From IMG/VR virus record IMGVR_UViG_3300045741_000433, positions 1-63,120 of that record: a stretch of DNA of 63,120 nt. One strand, given 5' to 3'. The notes beneath the pieces were generated by a model. The model made no database searches. It saw nothing but the letters and a program-made list of their open reading frames with translations, and was not told the DNA's origin. Source of the DNA: a virus. Lineage: Duplodnaviria > Caudoviricetes. Shown one piece after another: positions 39,269-50,469 of this stretch; position 1 is the first letter of the stretch; each line of letters starts with the position of its first letter. The translations under genes were made by a program, and so were the position numbers.

Positions 39269-40149
39269 TTTAAAATCCTTTCAAAAAAATTTAATCTATC
39301 TTCATTGTCTGGTATAGCTGAAACTTGTCCATCACCAACCTCAATGCAAGTCCATGAATTGTTTTTTAATTGAACAACATCTATTGTAAATAAATTGCTT
39401 TTGGTTGTATTGAAAATTTGATTTGCAATCAATTGAATAAATTCGGCAGGAGGCTTATCACCAACATAATTACCTTGATCCCAATAATTATAAGTATTAA
39501 TGGGTTTGCCATTTAAAACAAACGTTCTAAATTCTTTGGCCAAAGGCATTCCACTTTTATTATGATTACCAATTTGCTTAAAATCTACAAATTTTCTAAC
39601 AACAAGATTTCCTTGTAAATCTTTATCATCTTGTTTTATTGTAATAAAAGTAGAGATAACTTTACATACATTAAAAATATTTGAATCTTTAGGAATGAAA
39701 CAAGCTTCATTCCACATATGTTTTAATGATTTAACATAATCTTTAATTATAACAGCGCAATCATTGCGATGCATAAATTGCATAACTTGCTCCGCCATCT
39801 TCCTCAAATCATCAATTTCTACAATCAAAGACTTTGGAGTAAGACCTTCAATGGCATCATACCAACCATTGAAATAATGGCACGCAACATATTGTTCGGG
39901 CGAATTAATTAACTCGTATCCAAATTCTCTACACTTATTATAAAATTTAGTATAGTATTCTGGCGGCATCATCCAGCCATGATAAACTAATTTTTTAAAT
40001 TCGACTTGCGGTAAAACAAGAGAATCAATATTATAAATATCGAATAGATGAACTTTAGTTAAAGTTTTAGCAACATCATATTCTGTTTGATAAGACTCGT
40101 CTGGTTTCTTTTTAGAAAGCGGACTTGCGCACATAATAATATCAAACAT
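39265..40149 (-). CDS. ATP-grasp domain protein
   Basis: IKDYVKSLKH, EFRTF, IEVGDGQVS. Confidence 0.8.
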   Translation of the reverse strand: MFDIIMCASPLSKKKPDESYQTEYDVAKTLTKVHLFDIYNIDSLVLPQVEFKKLVYHGWMMPPEYYTKFYNKCREFGYELINSPEQYVACHYFNGWYDAIEGLTPKSLIVEIDDLRKMAEQVMQFMHRNDCAVIIKDYVKSLKHMWNEACFIPKDSNIFNVCKVISTFITIKQDDKDLQGNLVVRKFVDFKQIGNHNKSGMPLAKEFRTFVLNGKPINTYNYWDQGNYVGDKPPAEFIQLIANQIFNTTKSNLFTIDVVQLKNNSWTCIEVGDGQVSAIPDNEDRLNFFERILK

Positions 40150-40168
40150 AATAAACTTTCTTTTTAAT

Positions 40169-40235
40169 TGGGCTCCCACATTGAACTTGCATCAATGACC
40201 CTAGTGAATAAATAGGGTGCCCTTCGGCTAGGAGC
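40169..40235 (-). ncRNA. Compact tRNA-like RNA directly 3' of the Ro60 gene
   Basis: GCTCC/GGAGC-CCA, D-, anticodon- and T-like hairpins. Confidence 0.55.
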
Positions 40236-40246
40236 TTTGAATCTTT

Positions 40247-41821
40247 TTACAGATCAATTGACTCAATGGTTTTGACCCACAAGTCTTTGTTGTTACCAAG
40301 CTCAACGAATCTTGCGATTACGTCAAATACTTGGTCACTGAATCCACCAACATTTAAAATGTCATCGCGATCATGTGCTTGAGTAGTTCCGTTAGGAGTT
40401 ACATCAATGCACACAAGCTTTGCATTTGGATTACGGGCTTTGAACTTATTCCATTCATTCATGGTAGCAGTGCTACGATAAATGTTTTTATCAACCCAAG
40501 ACTCATTATCAGACACATAAATAACAAGGTCACCCTTGGCATTCTTACGATTGACATGTGCCAATGCTTCTGAGCAATTCGTTCCTCCACCACCAAAGTT
40601 AGCTAGAGTTCTAGCATTAGTCATGATTGAATCCATTGGATTCAAACAGTGACCATGAACTTGAGTATCGAATGGAATTACTTCAGTATCAACATTTTTG
40701 CGCATTACTGCTGCTGCAACTAAGGCTGCAACATCAATGCAACGCATCTTTGAAGAAACCGTACCACGGTGACCCGTGACAGGAGAACTCATAGATCCAG
40801 AAGTATCAACCATAACATAAACCTTACCATCGAATTCAGGAACATTCTCTAAAGCAACCTCAGCGGCTTTTTGCAAAGCAACTGAAACCTTAGCAGGAAT
40901 AGTAGATTCGATGTTTAAGAATGCGGTGAATAATTGATATGGGAAAACTTTCGCTCTCTTGATCTGCTCTTCATCTTGCAACTTATCTACAACAATAGAA
41001 GTCAATTTAGGATCTGCGAATACGCCATGACGTTCGAACGTATTAAGGTTCATTCTAGTCTGGGTCCAAGTTGCATTTTCAGCAATTTGTTTCCAGTGAT
41101 TATCAGTCAAAGGTAATGCAGTAAGCATTTGAAAAGGAACATCAGGAATTTCTCCCTTCATGTCCTTCTTGAAAGCTTCGAAATCTTTTGCTAACTTGCA
41201 AAGATCTTTCTTGTTATACTTTTTGTCAAGTAAGTATCCAAACAAAGCAGAACGCTTTTTGTTGTTTGGCTTTGGATGAACAAGCTTAATAATGTCTTGT
41301 AATGACGGATCATTACCAACATCTGCCTTGAACAATTGTTCATCAGTTAAGTTCTCAAGATATTCTTGAATCAATTTCTTTGGACGAGTTCCCAAAGACT
41401 TACGGCCAGTTGCGCCGGAACGAATAATCTGAACGAAGTTTCTCAACATCTTTGGATTATCAATAACACGAGGAAAAATTTTAGACAAAAGTTCAGAATC
41501 TTTGCCAGCAACAACTGCTGTCAATACAGCTGGCATATCCTTCATTAAACCTTTTTCACGAGCATAAACCGCAAGTTTCGCAACAAACTCAACTGGAAGC
41601 TTGTTAGCTAATTCAAGAGTTCTTTTTAATTGTTCCTTGTCAGAAACATAATAGGTTCCATTAAAGCAACCAGTCATAGCTAATTGAGCAAGGCCAGCCT
41701 TATCGCTTAAAGAATAGGCGTTTCCACCAGCATTATTTACAGTGTCAGTTGGCTTGGTAACCTTATTGAACTTAGTAGAAATGAAAGACTTTTTCGAATT
41801 AAATAAATTTTTAGATGACAT
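40247..41821 (-). CDS. rsr: Ro60/Rsr TROVE-vWA RNA-binding protein
   Basis: NNAGGNAY, MNLNTFERHG, FPYQL, DTSGSM, GGGTNC, VSDNESW, GGFSD. Confidence 0.92.
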   Translation of the reverse strand: MSSKNLFNSKKSFISTKFNKVTKPTDTVNNAGGNAYSLSDKAGLAQLAMTGCFNGTYYVSDKEQLKRTLELANKLPVEFVAKLAVYAREKGLMKDMPAVLTAVVAGKDSELLSKIFPRVIDNPKMLRNFVQIIRSGATGRKSLGTRPKKLIQEYLENLTDEQLFKADVGNDPSLQDIIKLVHPKPNNKKRSALFGYLLDKKYNKKDLCKLAKDFEAFKKDMKGEIPDVPFQMLTALPLTDNHWKQIAENATWTQTRMNLNTFERHGVFADPKLTSIVVDKLQDEEQIKRAKVFPYQLFTAFLNIESTIPAKVSVALQKAAEVALENVPEFDGKVYVMVDTSGSMSSPVTGHRGTVSSKMRCIDVAALVAAAVMRKNVDTEVIPFDTQVHGHCLNPMDSIMTNARTLANFGGGGTNCSEALAHVNRKNAKGDLVIYVSDNESWVDKNIYRSTATMNEWNKFKARNPNAKLVCIDVTPNGTTQAHDRDDILNVGGFSDQVFDVIARFVELGNNKDLWVKTIESIDL

Positions 41822-42049
41822 GATAATCTCCTTTTAGATTTGGACAATAGGTCCAACAAATTGTTATTGCCGTGCGGGCGGATTGTAATCCCCTACAATT
41901 ACGCCGTCAAGTATTCGCTAATTTTTAGAATTAGCAAAAGATATTAAGTTTTAAATATAGTAAAGAATTAAGTTCAATTACTTGAACCAATACTTGCCAC
42001 TAATCGTTTCCCCTCGATCGTAAATCGTATATAACATTATTGATAGATT

Positions 42050-42598
42050 TTACACCGGAGGAAGTAAAGAAATATTTTCCACACAAATTTTATCTACTTG
42101 CGACGGAAGAATTTTGAACTGACGGAATTTATTAACTGAACACATTTTGCGAAGCTTATCCTTAGCCAACGTAAGCTCTCTTTTATTACTAGTTGGATAA
42201 TGTCCAGGCATAATGACCCGCTTGTTATTAACAAGACCATACAAATGTAAAACATTAGTCTTGGTGTGTAACTTAACGCCTTTAATGTATTTTCCATTTT
42301 CGTCGAAAAATCTGGTGTACTCATCATCAATCTCCTCAACAGGAGTATTTGCCATTTTATTCAGTGATGAATTATAACCATCAATTAATTCTTCTTTGGC
42401 TCTGGCCAACATATCATCAGCAGGAACATAGCTCTCTAAAACAAAAATAGATTTCTTTAATGCATTTTCATAACTAATATGAAAAATAATATTATAATCT
42501 GCAACTTCACTATATTCATTTCTATAACCGATAAGTGAAAGAAAAGTAGCTGAAGGACGCAGCTTTGCTAACTCAGAAACAAATTGCTCTTTATTCAT
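42050..42598 (-). CDS. Hypothetical protein
   Basis: 182-aa ORF. Confidence 0.65.
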   Translation of the reverse strand: MNKEQFVSELAKLRPSATFLSLIGYRNEYSEVADYNIIFHISYENALKKSIFVLESYVPADDMLARAKEELIDGYNSSLNKMANTPVEEIDDEYTRFFDENGKYIKGVKLHTKTNVLHLYGLVNNKRVIMPGHYPTSNKRELTLAKDKLRKMCSVNKFRQFKILPSQVDKICVENISLLPPV

Positions 42599-43209
42599 TA
42601 CTTACCTTTCATAATTACTTCTAATCTTTTTTCAACTAAAGAGTTTTTAAAAGTTTCTAACACTTCTTTTTCAGCTACTGCTCTTACATATTTTTTTACT
42701 ACATCACGAATTGATTCTAATTTAGACCAATCTAATTTTGTATTTACACAATGATAATGATCTCCATTATGATAACTTTCATCATAAGAATAAACTTCAA
42801 TTTCCTTTTTATTGAAATCAATATTCAATGAATCATTATCTCTTTTAGGAATAGATTCATCAGAAATTAAAGAGTGTGTAATACAAAATTCTCCATCTCC
42901 ACGCTTTTGAAAATTGTAATCTTTTCCAGAAAGATATTCAAGCATGTTACGAATTTCTTTTTCTTTACTAATCATAATAAGCAATATAAATCTTTAAAAT
43001 TAACTGTCAATATTTTTTAAATTTTAAAATTAGTCTCGCAAAATTTTACAAAGCCCACCACATGGACATTCTAATTCCATCTTATCTTCATCTACTCTTT
43101 GTAGATCGTCTTCTTCCTCAAAATCTACACTCAATACCATTTCGCAATCTTCACATCTAAAAAGAAATTTTCGTTTTTGATTATTGAACATATATCTATA
43201 TGATATAGT

Positions 43210-44409
43210 TCATAGAACAACTGAAAGAATTTGCCCAATAGTTGTCCAATCTGTTAATTCTTTTTTAATTAAATCATTTATAGAATGAATTTCTATAAAT
43301 GTTTTTTCAGAATCTTCAACATTTCCATGAACGGTTCCCTCTTGAGACTCAAACCATTTTAATTCTTCTTCTGTTAATTCAGCAGAATAAAGATATGATT
43401 TATGAGAAGAGAATGTTCCGGCTAATTGTCTTGCTCCATGAAACTTTAAGCGCTCTGGATCAATATGAAATGAAGTCTCTTCATAAACTTCATGAGCCGC
43501 AATTTCTTTTGGCTCTTCATTTTCATCAGATGCAGATGAGCCTCCTGGCAACTCTCTTACAAAACCATCTTTAGTATTTGCTGGAGATCTAAATTCTTTT
43601 ATTAAAATGACTTTATAATCTTTACTGTCTCCCCAATCACCAGACTTATGATACAAGCATACAGAAGAAATGTCAGTACGCGCTAAAACAAATTCATTTG
43701 TTTTATTTCTATTCTCTGACTCGACAAAAATATCTACCTTAAGAACCCAGGCATAAACAAACTTTTTATTACCAGGGCGAAAAGACCAAAGTAATTCTGC
43801 ATGATCTAAACGATTGCCGGCTTCTTTTTGCGAAAGATACCATGATTGAAAAGAGGGTGTTTTCCAAATAAATAGTGGAACATATCTCTCGCCTTCAGTA
43901 CGACCATCGCCTTCACCTAACATATCAAGAGCTGCATCTAATGTTTCTGTTAAAGTAGTTCCGCCTTCAACATTATAAAAGTCAGCGTAATATTTAAGAT
44001 ATTTGTTTTTTCTTTCTTTTAAATCTGGCGGGCAACCAAATACAACTTTACCTGAATCTGCCCAAGCTCCCCATTCTACATTAGTGGTAAAAGCAGGCAA
44101 CTTCAATTGATCATTTTTGTCGAGAGATACATCGCGAGGAACCCAGAAAACAATACAGTCGGCTAAATTAAGATGTTTATGTTCCCAATCAATCTGATCA
44201 TCATAACTAAAATCTTTATCAAACTTACCATCTTTATTTTCTGGGCAGAAGATAACGCCATCAAATCCTTTATCTTTTAGAATTTGAATGGCATCATTAC
44301 GCCATGATTCCATCTCTTTTTCTTGCCCAGGTCTAAGGGAAGGACCGGCCAAAAATATACTACTTGTAATGGTTTCTGGCATCTCTTCACCGGTATAAAC
44401 GATTTTCAT
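43210..44409 (-). CDS. Nucleoside 2-deoxyribosyltransferase-like domain fused to NUDIX
   Basis: IFLAGP...WE...FW...TTNVEWG; ELPGG...EVYEET. Confidence 0.8.
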   Translation of the reverse strand: MKIVYTGEEMPETITSSIFLAGPSLRPGQEKEMESWRNDAIQILKDKGFDGVIFCPENKDGKFDKDFSYDDQIDWEHKHLNLADCIVFWVPRDVSLDKNDQLKLPAFTTNVEWGAWADSGKVVFGCPPDLKERKNKYLKYYADFYNVEGGTTLTETLDAALDMLGEGDGRTEGERYVPLFIWKTPSFQSWYLSQKEAGNRLDHAELLWSFRPGNKKFVYAWVLKVDIFVESENRNKTNEFVLARTDISSVCLYHKSGDWGDSKDYKVILIKEFRSPANTKDGFVRELPGGSSASDENEEPKEIAAHEVYEETSFHIDPERLKFHGARQLAGTFSSHKSYLYSAELTEEELKWFESQEGTVHGNVEDSEKTFIEIHSINDLIKKELTDWTTIGQILSVVL

Positions 44410-44471
44410 AATTCCTCTATTAGATATCTATAAAACCATATATATCCTATAAAGACTTTTATAAGGACACA

Positions 44472-45881
44472 ATGAATAAGTTGGCTGAAATCCTACAATT
44501 AGCAGAAGCGTTTTACAAAAGAGCTATGTTTGCTTTACGTATAGAAGCTCAAAACGGTGGATATTATATGCCAGATGATCCCGAAGATGATACTTCAGGA
44601 TCTGTTGGTGGCGATATTGATGCACAAGCTGAACAGTTTGATATCAAAGATGAAGAGCTATTCAATCAATTTGAAGGATTCATGAGTGCCTATCATGATT
44701 TAATGGATTCTCTTAATATAGATCCTTCTCATTTAACTCAAGAATCTATGAGCGAGGCCGCTCAATTAATTGATGTTCTTAATACTAGATACGAAAGAAT
44801 AATGAATAATCAATATTTGAATGCTTCAAAAGAGTATTCAGAAGATTTTGATCCATCCAAATTAACTTCGTTCGTTCAAAGTGTAGTTAAGGACGCTGAA
44901 GCAAAACTTAATAGTGTTGCTGGAGAAGACATTGATGTTGATGAAGTAATAGCAAATCAATACGCTCAAGAATTTAATCAACAGATGCTTGATAAGGGCG
45001 ATAAAAATATTACTTATACTGGAAATAAAGTACAACAACTTTTAGAGGCTAGACGCAACTGGTTTAAAAAACTTATGTTTATTAAAAAGGTTGGCAAGTC
45101 TCATCCAGAGTATGAAAGATTTGAAAGATATATTGCGGGGCGTCGTAAAGCTTATCAAGAAATTATGGCCGACCCAGAAAGAAAAGCAATCTACAGAGAT
45201 AATGTTAAGAAAAGATTTGGTGAATGGTATAAAAAAATTAATGATCAACAAAAACAATTAACTGATCTTTTAGAAAAAACAACTGATCCAAAAAAGAGAC
45301 AAGAGATACAAGATAAGTTAAGTCATATAGAAAATATGATTGCAAAAGAAAAGCAAAGACAAAAACGTAGTCACGAAAATGTTAAGAAGAAAATGCAATC
45401 AGAAGGACTTACTGGCGCACTTGAAAAGCTTAGAGTTAAAATTAAAACTCAACAAAGTGAAATTGCTAAAAAAGTTAAAGCAAAAGCTGCGCAAGACCCT
45501 TACTTCAACTCATTCAAACAAGCAGTTCAAACGGCTAAACAAAATTATGATAATGATCCATCACCAGCAAATGACAGATTATTAAAAGAATCCATTTCTA
45601 AAGAGGCCGAAGCCCTTATAAAATATCTTAATGAAAATCAAGTTGTTGTTCAAGTTAGAACAGACCTGGCTTTGTTATATGCTTACAGAGATAAGGTAAA
45701 GCCAATAGATGAAATGGTTGCATCTCATGAAACGGCCAATGCGGTTTCAAATGAAGCAAAGCCATTGCTAGTTCAATTAATTGGAGAAGGCCAGCAATTA
45801 ATTTCACAATACGGTAAGTTTTACCGCGCTCCAATAGCATCTATTCAAGAGATAGTTGATATATTAAAATCAAAATTATAA
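44472..45881 (+). CDS. Coiled-coil protein with shared N-terminal helix
   Basis: 469-aa ORF; KLAEILQLAEAFYKRA. Confidence 0.7.
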   Translation: MNKLAEILQLAEAFYKRAMFALRIEAQNGGYYMPDDPEDDTSGSVGGDIDAQAEQFDIKDEELFNQFEGFMSAYHDLMDSLNIDPSHLTQESMSEAAQLIDVLNTRYERIMNNQYLNASKEYSEDFDPSKLTSFVQSVVKDAEAKLNSVAGEDIDVDEVIANQYAQEFNQQMLDKGDKNITYTGNKVQQLLEARRNWFKKLMFIKKVGKSHPEYERFERYIAGRRKAYQEIMADPERKAIYRDNVKKRFGEWYKKINDQQKQLTDLLEKTTDPKKRQEIQDKLSHIENMIAKEKQRQKRSHENVKKKMQSEGLTGALEKLRVKIKTQQSEIAKKVKAKAAQDPYFNSFKQAVQTAKQNYDNDPSPANDRLLKESISKEAEALIKYLNENQVVVQVRTDLALLYAYRDKVKPIDEMVASHETANAVSNEAKPLLVQLIGEGQQLISQYGKFYRAPIASIQEIVDILKSKL

Positions 45882-46044
45882 GGTATGTTTATGAGTATAA
45901 AAAATAGAAAACAACAATTAGAAAAACTTTCAAAGCAAGCAGAGCAAGACGCTTTAGTAAAACAAGCGGCTGAAGAAGCTGATCAACAAGCCGCTGATTC
46001 TACTGATTACTCTGAAAAGATTTTCGCCAAACTACTTCAATCAA

Positions 46045-46647
46045 TTAAGATTGAGGGGCTTGAAGATTAAGTATATTCTCTTTTAAATGAGAAATTACTT
46101 TATTAATTGATTTAACTATATAGACACTATTTTTGTGTCCCAATGACTTTACCCAATCCAAGTTTTCACCTGGAATAGAAAAATTATATTCAAACCATCT
46201 TTCTCTTGGAATAAGATCTGCCGAAGATAACCAAAAACAATAGTCTCGCATAACCGAGACTCCAATGCTTTCATAATCTTTATATTCAGCTTGATTACCA
46301 GTTCTATTTAAAAACACTATAAAATCTTTATTATAATCAAATAATTGAACTAAATCTTTTGGAGAGAAAATTCCATCTATAACAAAATTATTTGAATCTT
46401 CTCCATAAGTATTTATTGAATCACAAATATTATCTTTTATAAAAGAAGGATTAACTTTCATTCTATGAGTTAGCCAAGAATGTAATTCATCATGATATTG
46501 TTGTGGATGTTCCGAAGGTAATTGATCTCTAAACGTAGATTTAACCCATGAAGATGCATCGATATAACGGTAATCTAGATCTTTAGCTAAAGCTTTTGAC
46601 ACCGTTGTTCGACCACTTTGCGGCATACCCACAACAAAAATCTTCAT
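46045..46647 (-). CDS. P-loop NMP-kinase-like protein
   Basis: GMPQSGRTT, FVIDG. Confidence 0.65.
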   Translation of the reverse strand: MKIFVVGMPQSGRTTVSKALAKDLDYRYIDASSWVKSTFRDQLPSEHPQQYHDELHSWLTHRMKVNPSFIKDNICDSINTYGEDSNNFVIDGIFSPKDLVQLFDYNKDFIVFLNRTGNQAEYKDYESIGVSVMRDYCFWLSSADLIPRERWFEYNFSIPGENLDWVKSLGHKNSVYIVKSINKVISHLKENILNLQAPQS

Positions 46648-46706
46648 GATTACTTAACCTTACCCTTTACGATACAAATCTTCCATACATAATATAGCAT
46701 TTTATA

Positions 46707-47312
46707 ATGAAGTTTTTTTGGAGTTCATTATCTTATATTTATACTCAGTTATATTTTTCAGGTTTGAAAATTAAACCACCCAAAATATTATTTAATAAAC
46801 CAAAAAACAAATTATTATGTGAATATGTTGGAACAATATACGCTGATAATTCCTTTACTAATGAAGAGAGAATATTAATTCTAGAAGCTCTGGATGATTT
46901 AAATTATTTTTGTAATGGCATTATAGTTATAAATATAGAATTTACATTAGACAATACTGATGAAGAATTTATTAAAACTCACAATACAATTTTAAAAGTA
47001 ACAAAAGATCATCCAGACATAAAAGAATCAGACAATAAAATAAAAGCACAAACACTTGGATTATATTGTTATATGCAAAACTCTATTGGTAAAATATATT
47101 TAGTTTGTGATAGGCTTGGAACTTCATTAACACTAAGAACTACAGCCACTCACGAACTAGGTCATTTTATAGGACTAGAACATACTCCACATCCAAGTAT
47201 AATGCATAAACATAATTTTAATGATGTATTATTTCCAACATACTTAGATGCAAAAGACATGTCTATTGCATGGAAAATAAATCCAGAAATGTTAAGATAT
47301 TTTAAGCTTTAA
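46707..47312 (+). CDS. Matrixin-like zinc metalloprotease
   Basis: HELGHFIGLEH...SIM. Confidence 0.85.
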   Translation: MKFFWSSLSYIYTQLYFSGLKIKPPKILFNKPKNKLLCEYVGTIYADNSFTNEERILILEALDDLNYFCNGIIVINIEFTLDNTDEEFIKTHNTILKVTKDHPDIKESDNKIKAQTLGLYCYMQNSIGKIYLVCDRLGTSLTLRTTATHELGHFIGLEHTPHPSIMHKHNFNDVLFPTYLDAKDMSIAWKINPEMLRYFKL

Positions 47313-48037
47313 GTAATACAACTTCAATAGCATTAACTGCTTGAGCTACATCTAATTCTGTATAAGATTTGCCATACTTTCTAAGATTAAATTTAAATTC
47401 GTTCATAATTAAATCAACTGCTTTAATTCTGGCCTCTTCTAATGATTCAAAGAAAGAATGCCAACACCACACATCAGGAACCAAAACAGTTTCTTTCTTA
47501 CCATCAACTATTTTTTCCATCTTCTGATGGAAAGTTGTAGGCTTTAGAATGCTGGCTTTGTACTCTTCTGGTTTGCGCCAAGCAATAGATGGGTCATCCA
47601 TGGCGGTAAGAATTACTATTTCAACTTCGAAAATAGTAGTCTTATTTTTTTTGGATTCAATTGCAAATTTTTTCATTACCAATCTCCATAAATATAATGC
47701 TCATATGAAGCATATGCAATTCCATTATAACCGCAACCTTTGGGGCAAGGGCCAGATAAACGCGGCCAACGTTTTCTAATCTTGGAATGAGCCGGAGAGC
47801 CCATAATAAAAGCTACATCAGGAGATAAATTTGGATCAACAGTAGCTTCATCTAACATTTTTTGTGCAGCTTCTTTGTCAAACATAATGCCATGAGTACA
47901 TGCTGCTTGCTCTGGATTCTCCTCTGCCCATTTTTTATGAGCATCTTCGTTTGCTTTATTTAATTCTTCTCCAAATTTTCTCAGATTTTCTATAGATTCT
48001 TGTATAGATGGAAATTCTTTTATAGTCATTTTGCTCT

Positions 48038-48865
48038 CTAATATTTAATACAATCAAATGTTTTGCAATATTTTTCCCATGATTTATCATTAACAATTGA
48101 TTCAAATTTCATTTCTGAAAATGATTGCTTCAATGCTGGAAAATTTTTAACACCTTCATGTAAAGTAATTTCTTCTTCTGGTACAGATCTAAATTCAATT
48201 AACTGACGATTAACATTAAAGTTAGCTCTATTTTCTTCTACTTCCATAAACCTTTTAAATAAATCAGGATCCATAACTGTATTCAAAGCTTTTTTTGGTT
48301 TAAGTAAAGCCGGAATATTATCTGACTTATCACCATTTAAACACTTCCAAGCAACATATGGATAAGGCGGAGACTCCATATCAACCTTTTTAATAGGATT
48401 ATAAATCCTAATATTAGAGTATCCTCTTTGCAAAAGTTGAATATAATCAGAATCATTACTTAATACTGTTAAGTCTTCATTCTTCATATTCTCACAAAGA
48501 GTAGCTATAACATCATCAGCTTCATAGTTGGCGGCCCTACAAGTAGTAATAGGTAGATGCTGCATTAGTGGAACTATAATGTCTTTCGTTCTAAAGAAAC
48601 GATCTGATGTTTCTTGTTTTGCTGCTTGCTTAATAATACGATTGGCTTTATAATCTGAAAACAAATCATATCTAAATTGAGGATGTCCCTCTAAAACAAA
48701 AAAACATTTTTCAGGTTTAAAATCTTCTATTAATGGACGTAAGTTACGAAAGAAATTAAATGTAAAAATAATACTATCATCTACATTTTCAACAGGCGGG
48801 GCTCCAAATTTAACACAAGCTCGCCACATTTGGTTGTGAGCATCAATGAGTAATATTTTGTCCAT
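48038..48865 (-). CDS. 5'-3' exonuclease / flap endonuclease
   Basis: LLIDAHN, YKANR, YEADD, SNDSD, GDKSDNI. Confidence 0.92.
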   Translation of the reverse strand: MDKILLIDAHNQMWRACVKFGAPPVENVDDSIIFTFNFFRNLRPLIEDFKPEKCFFVLEGHPQFRYDLFSDYKANRIIKQAAKQETSDRFFRTKDIIVPLMQHLPITTCRAANYEADDVIATLCENMKNEDLTVLSNDSDYIQLLQRGYSNIRIYNPIKKVDMESPPYPYVAWKCLNGDKSDNIPALLKPKKALNTVMDPDLFKRFMEVEENRANFNVNRQLIEFRSVPEEEITLHEGVKNFPALKQSFSEMKFESIVNDKSWEKYCKTFDCIKY

Positions 48866-49205
48866 ATTTTTTAATCTTACATCTATAAATTCTACGCCAA
48901 ACTGGATAGAATAAAAACACTATAACGCCAACCAAAGCAGAATAAGAATGATTCATTATAAAATAAAGACACCAAAATAATTCTTTGCCAGCGAAATAAT
49001 ATAAAAGTTTCTTATAACATAAAACATCTGGCTGCTCTTTTAAAGCTTCCTGTTCTGCCATTCTATCTGCAATTTGCGTATGACCAAATGTTAATACAAC
49101 AGCAATTGCTGCCAATAATTCTATTGTAAATAGTTTGTATGTTACAATATTAACAATCATTAAAATGATTGAAACGCATAACATTTCTATTTTCCAAGTT
49201 TTCAT

Positions 49206-49754
49206 TTAGTTTATTTTAAATGTACTAGCAATGGTAAAACATAAATCATGGTTATCGCCTGAGCCACCACATGATAGCGCATATCCCTGACCATTCAATA
49301 GCGTCAGCCACATCCAAACTTTATTGTAATTCTTAACAGACTCTACTAACACAAACTTACGACCATTAAGCTCTATTTGTTTAGCTGAAGAAATTACACC
49401 GCCTGCATCTTTAACTCCCCTAATAGAAGTAATAATAAAATCATCATATGAATATTCATATGGATTCTTTAAAAATACAATAGCACTTTTCTTATCTTTA
49501 TTTTGATAAAGAACTGGGCACCCATCTTTTGTGCACATTTCTAACTTGTCCCAATTTGTTCCTGGTAAAACAAATTGCCAATCATTTTCCTTAACAAGAA
49601 TATTTGTCGGTGGAGTAACCGGAGGAACTGTGGCTGATGGCTCTGCATCTGGAACATTTACAACGGGAACCTTCTTTGCACAAGCTGAACAAGATATGCT
49701 ACCAATAGCAAACAGCAACGTAACAAACATAACCTTTATCATTTTTGAAAACAT
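49206..49754 (-). CDS. Putative lipoprotein
   Basis: Signal peptide with Cys, Pro-rich linker. Confidence 0.55.
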   Translation of the reverse strand: MFSKMIKVMFVTLLFAIGSISCSACAKKVPVVNVPDAEPSATVPPVTPPTNILVKENDWQFVLPGTNWDKLEMCTKDGCPVLYQNKDKKSAIVFLKNPYEYSYDDFIITSIRGVKDAGGVISSAKQIELNGRKFVLVESVKNYNKVWMWLTLLNGQGYALSCGGSGDNHDLCFTIASTFKIN

Positions 49755-50094
49755 ATTACCTTCTTTATCGTCGAACCTAAATAATATATACCGAACTCTT
49801 AATCAGTATAAACTAAACTTTATCATTTAATTTATAACTTTAACTTATATAAAAAGATCCATACGTACATTTATAAAATCAAACAAATAAAGAAATGATT
49901 TTAACCCATACTAAATTAAAGTTACAAAGGTATTATAGCTCCGCTAAATTTAGTAAAGCTAGACTAGGAACTTTTTCTCGACAAAAGTATGGGATATATA
50001 ATAGGGGAAGTAATATATAAGTACTATAGGTAAAAAAATAGAAGGTAGATCTTTTACAACCTACCTTCTATTTAAGTACAATAATTATAATAAC

Positions 50095-50469
50095 TTACTC
50101 AGTTGGAACGTTTGTTTTTGCAGCAAGCTCAGCCGCAGCCTTTGCTTCAATGGCATCTTGCATTTGTTTCTTTGCAAGATCTTTCGCAAGTTTAGCTGCA
50201 TCTTTCTTTTGCTTTTCGGAAGCTTTCATAATGCCTCCCTTAGCTCCACGAGTAACATGCCAATCAGTATGATTTCGAACATACTTTCTAACAAAAGGAT
50301 CTTCTTCTCGAACCTTCTTTTCATCCCAATTCAATCTAACAGCAATCATTCCCAAAAGAACTGGAAACTGTAAATTACCTTCGCCCGACCATTCATTCAA
50401 TGCTGTGTCTGTGGCATTCATTAGCTCACTATATTCATTAATTAATTTTTCTTTAGTATCAATGCTCAT
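50095..50469 (-). CDS. Small basic winged-helix-like protein
   Basis: VTRGAKGG. Confidence 0.55.
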   Translation of the reverse strand: MSIDTKEKLINEYSELMNATDTALNEWSGEGNLQFPVLLGMIAVRLNWDEKKVREEDPFVRKYVRNHTDWHVTRGAKGGIMKASEKQKKDAAKLAKDLAKKQMQDAIEAKAAAELAAKTNVPTE

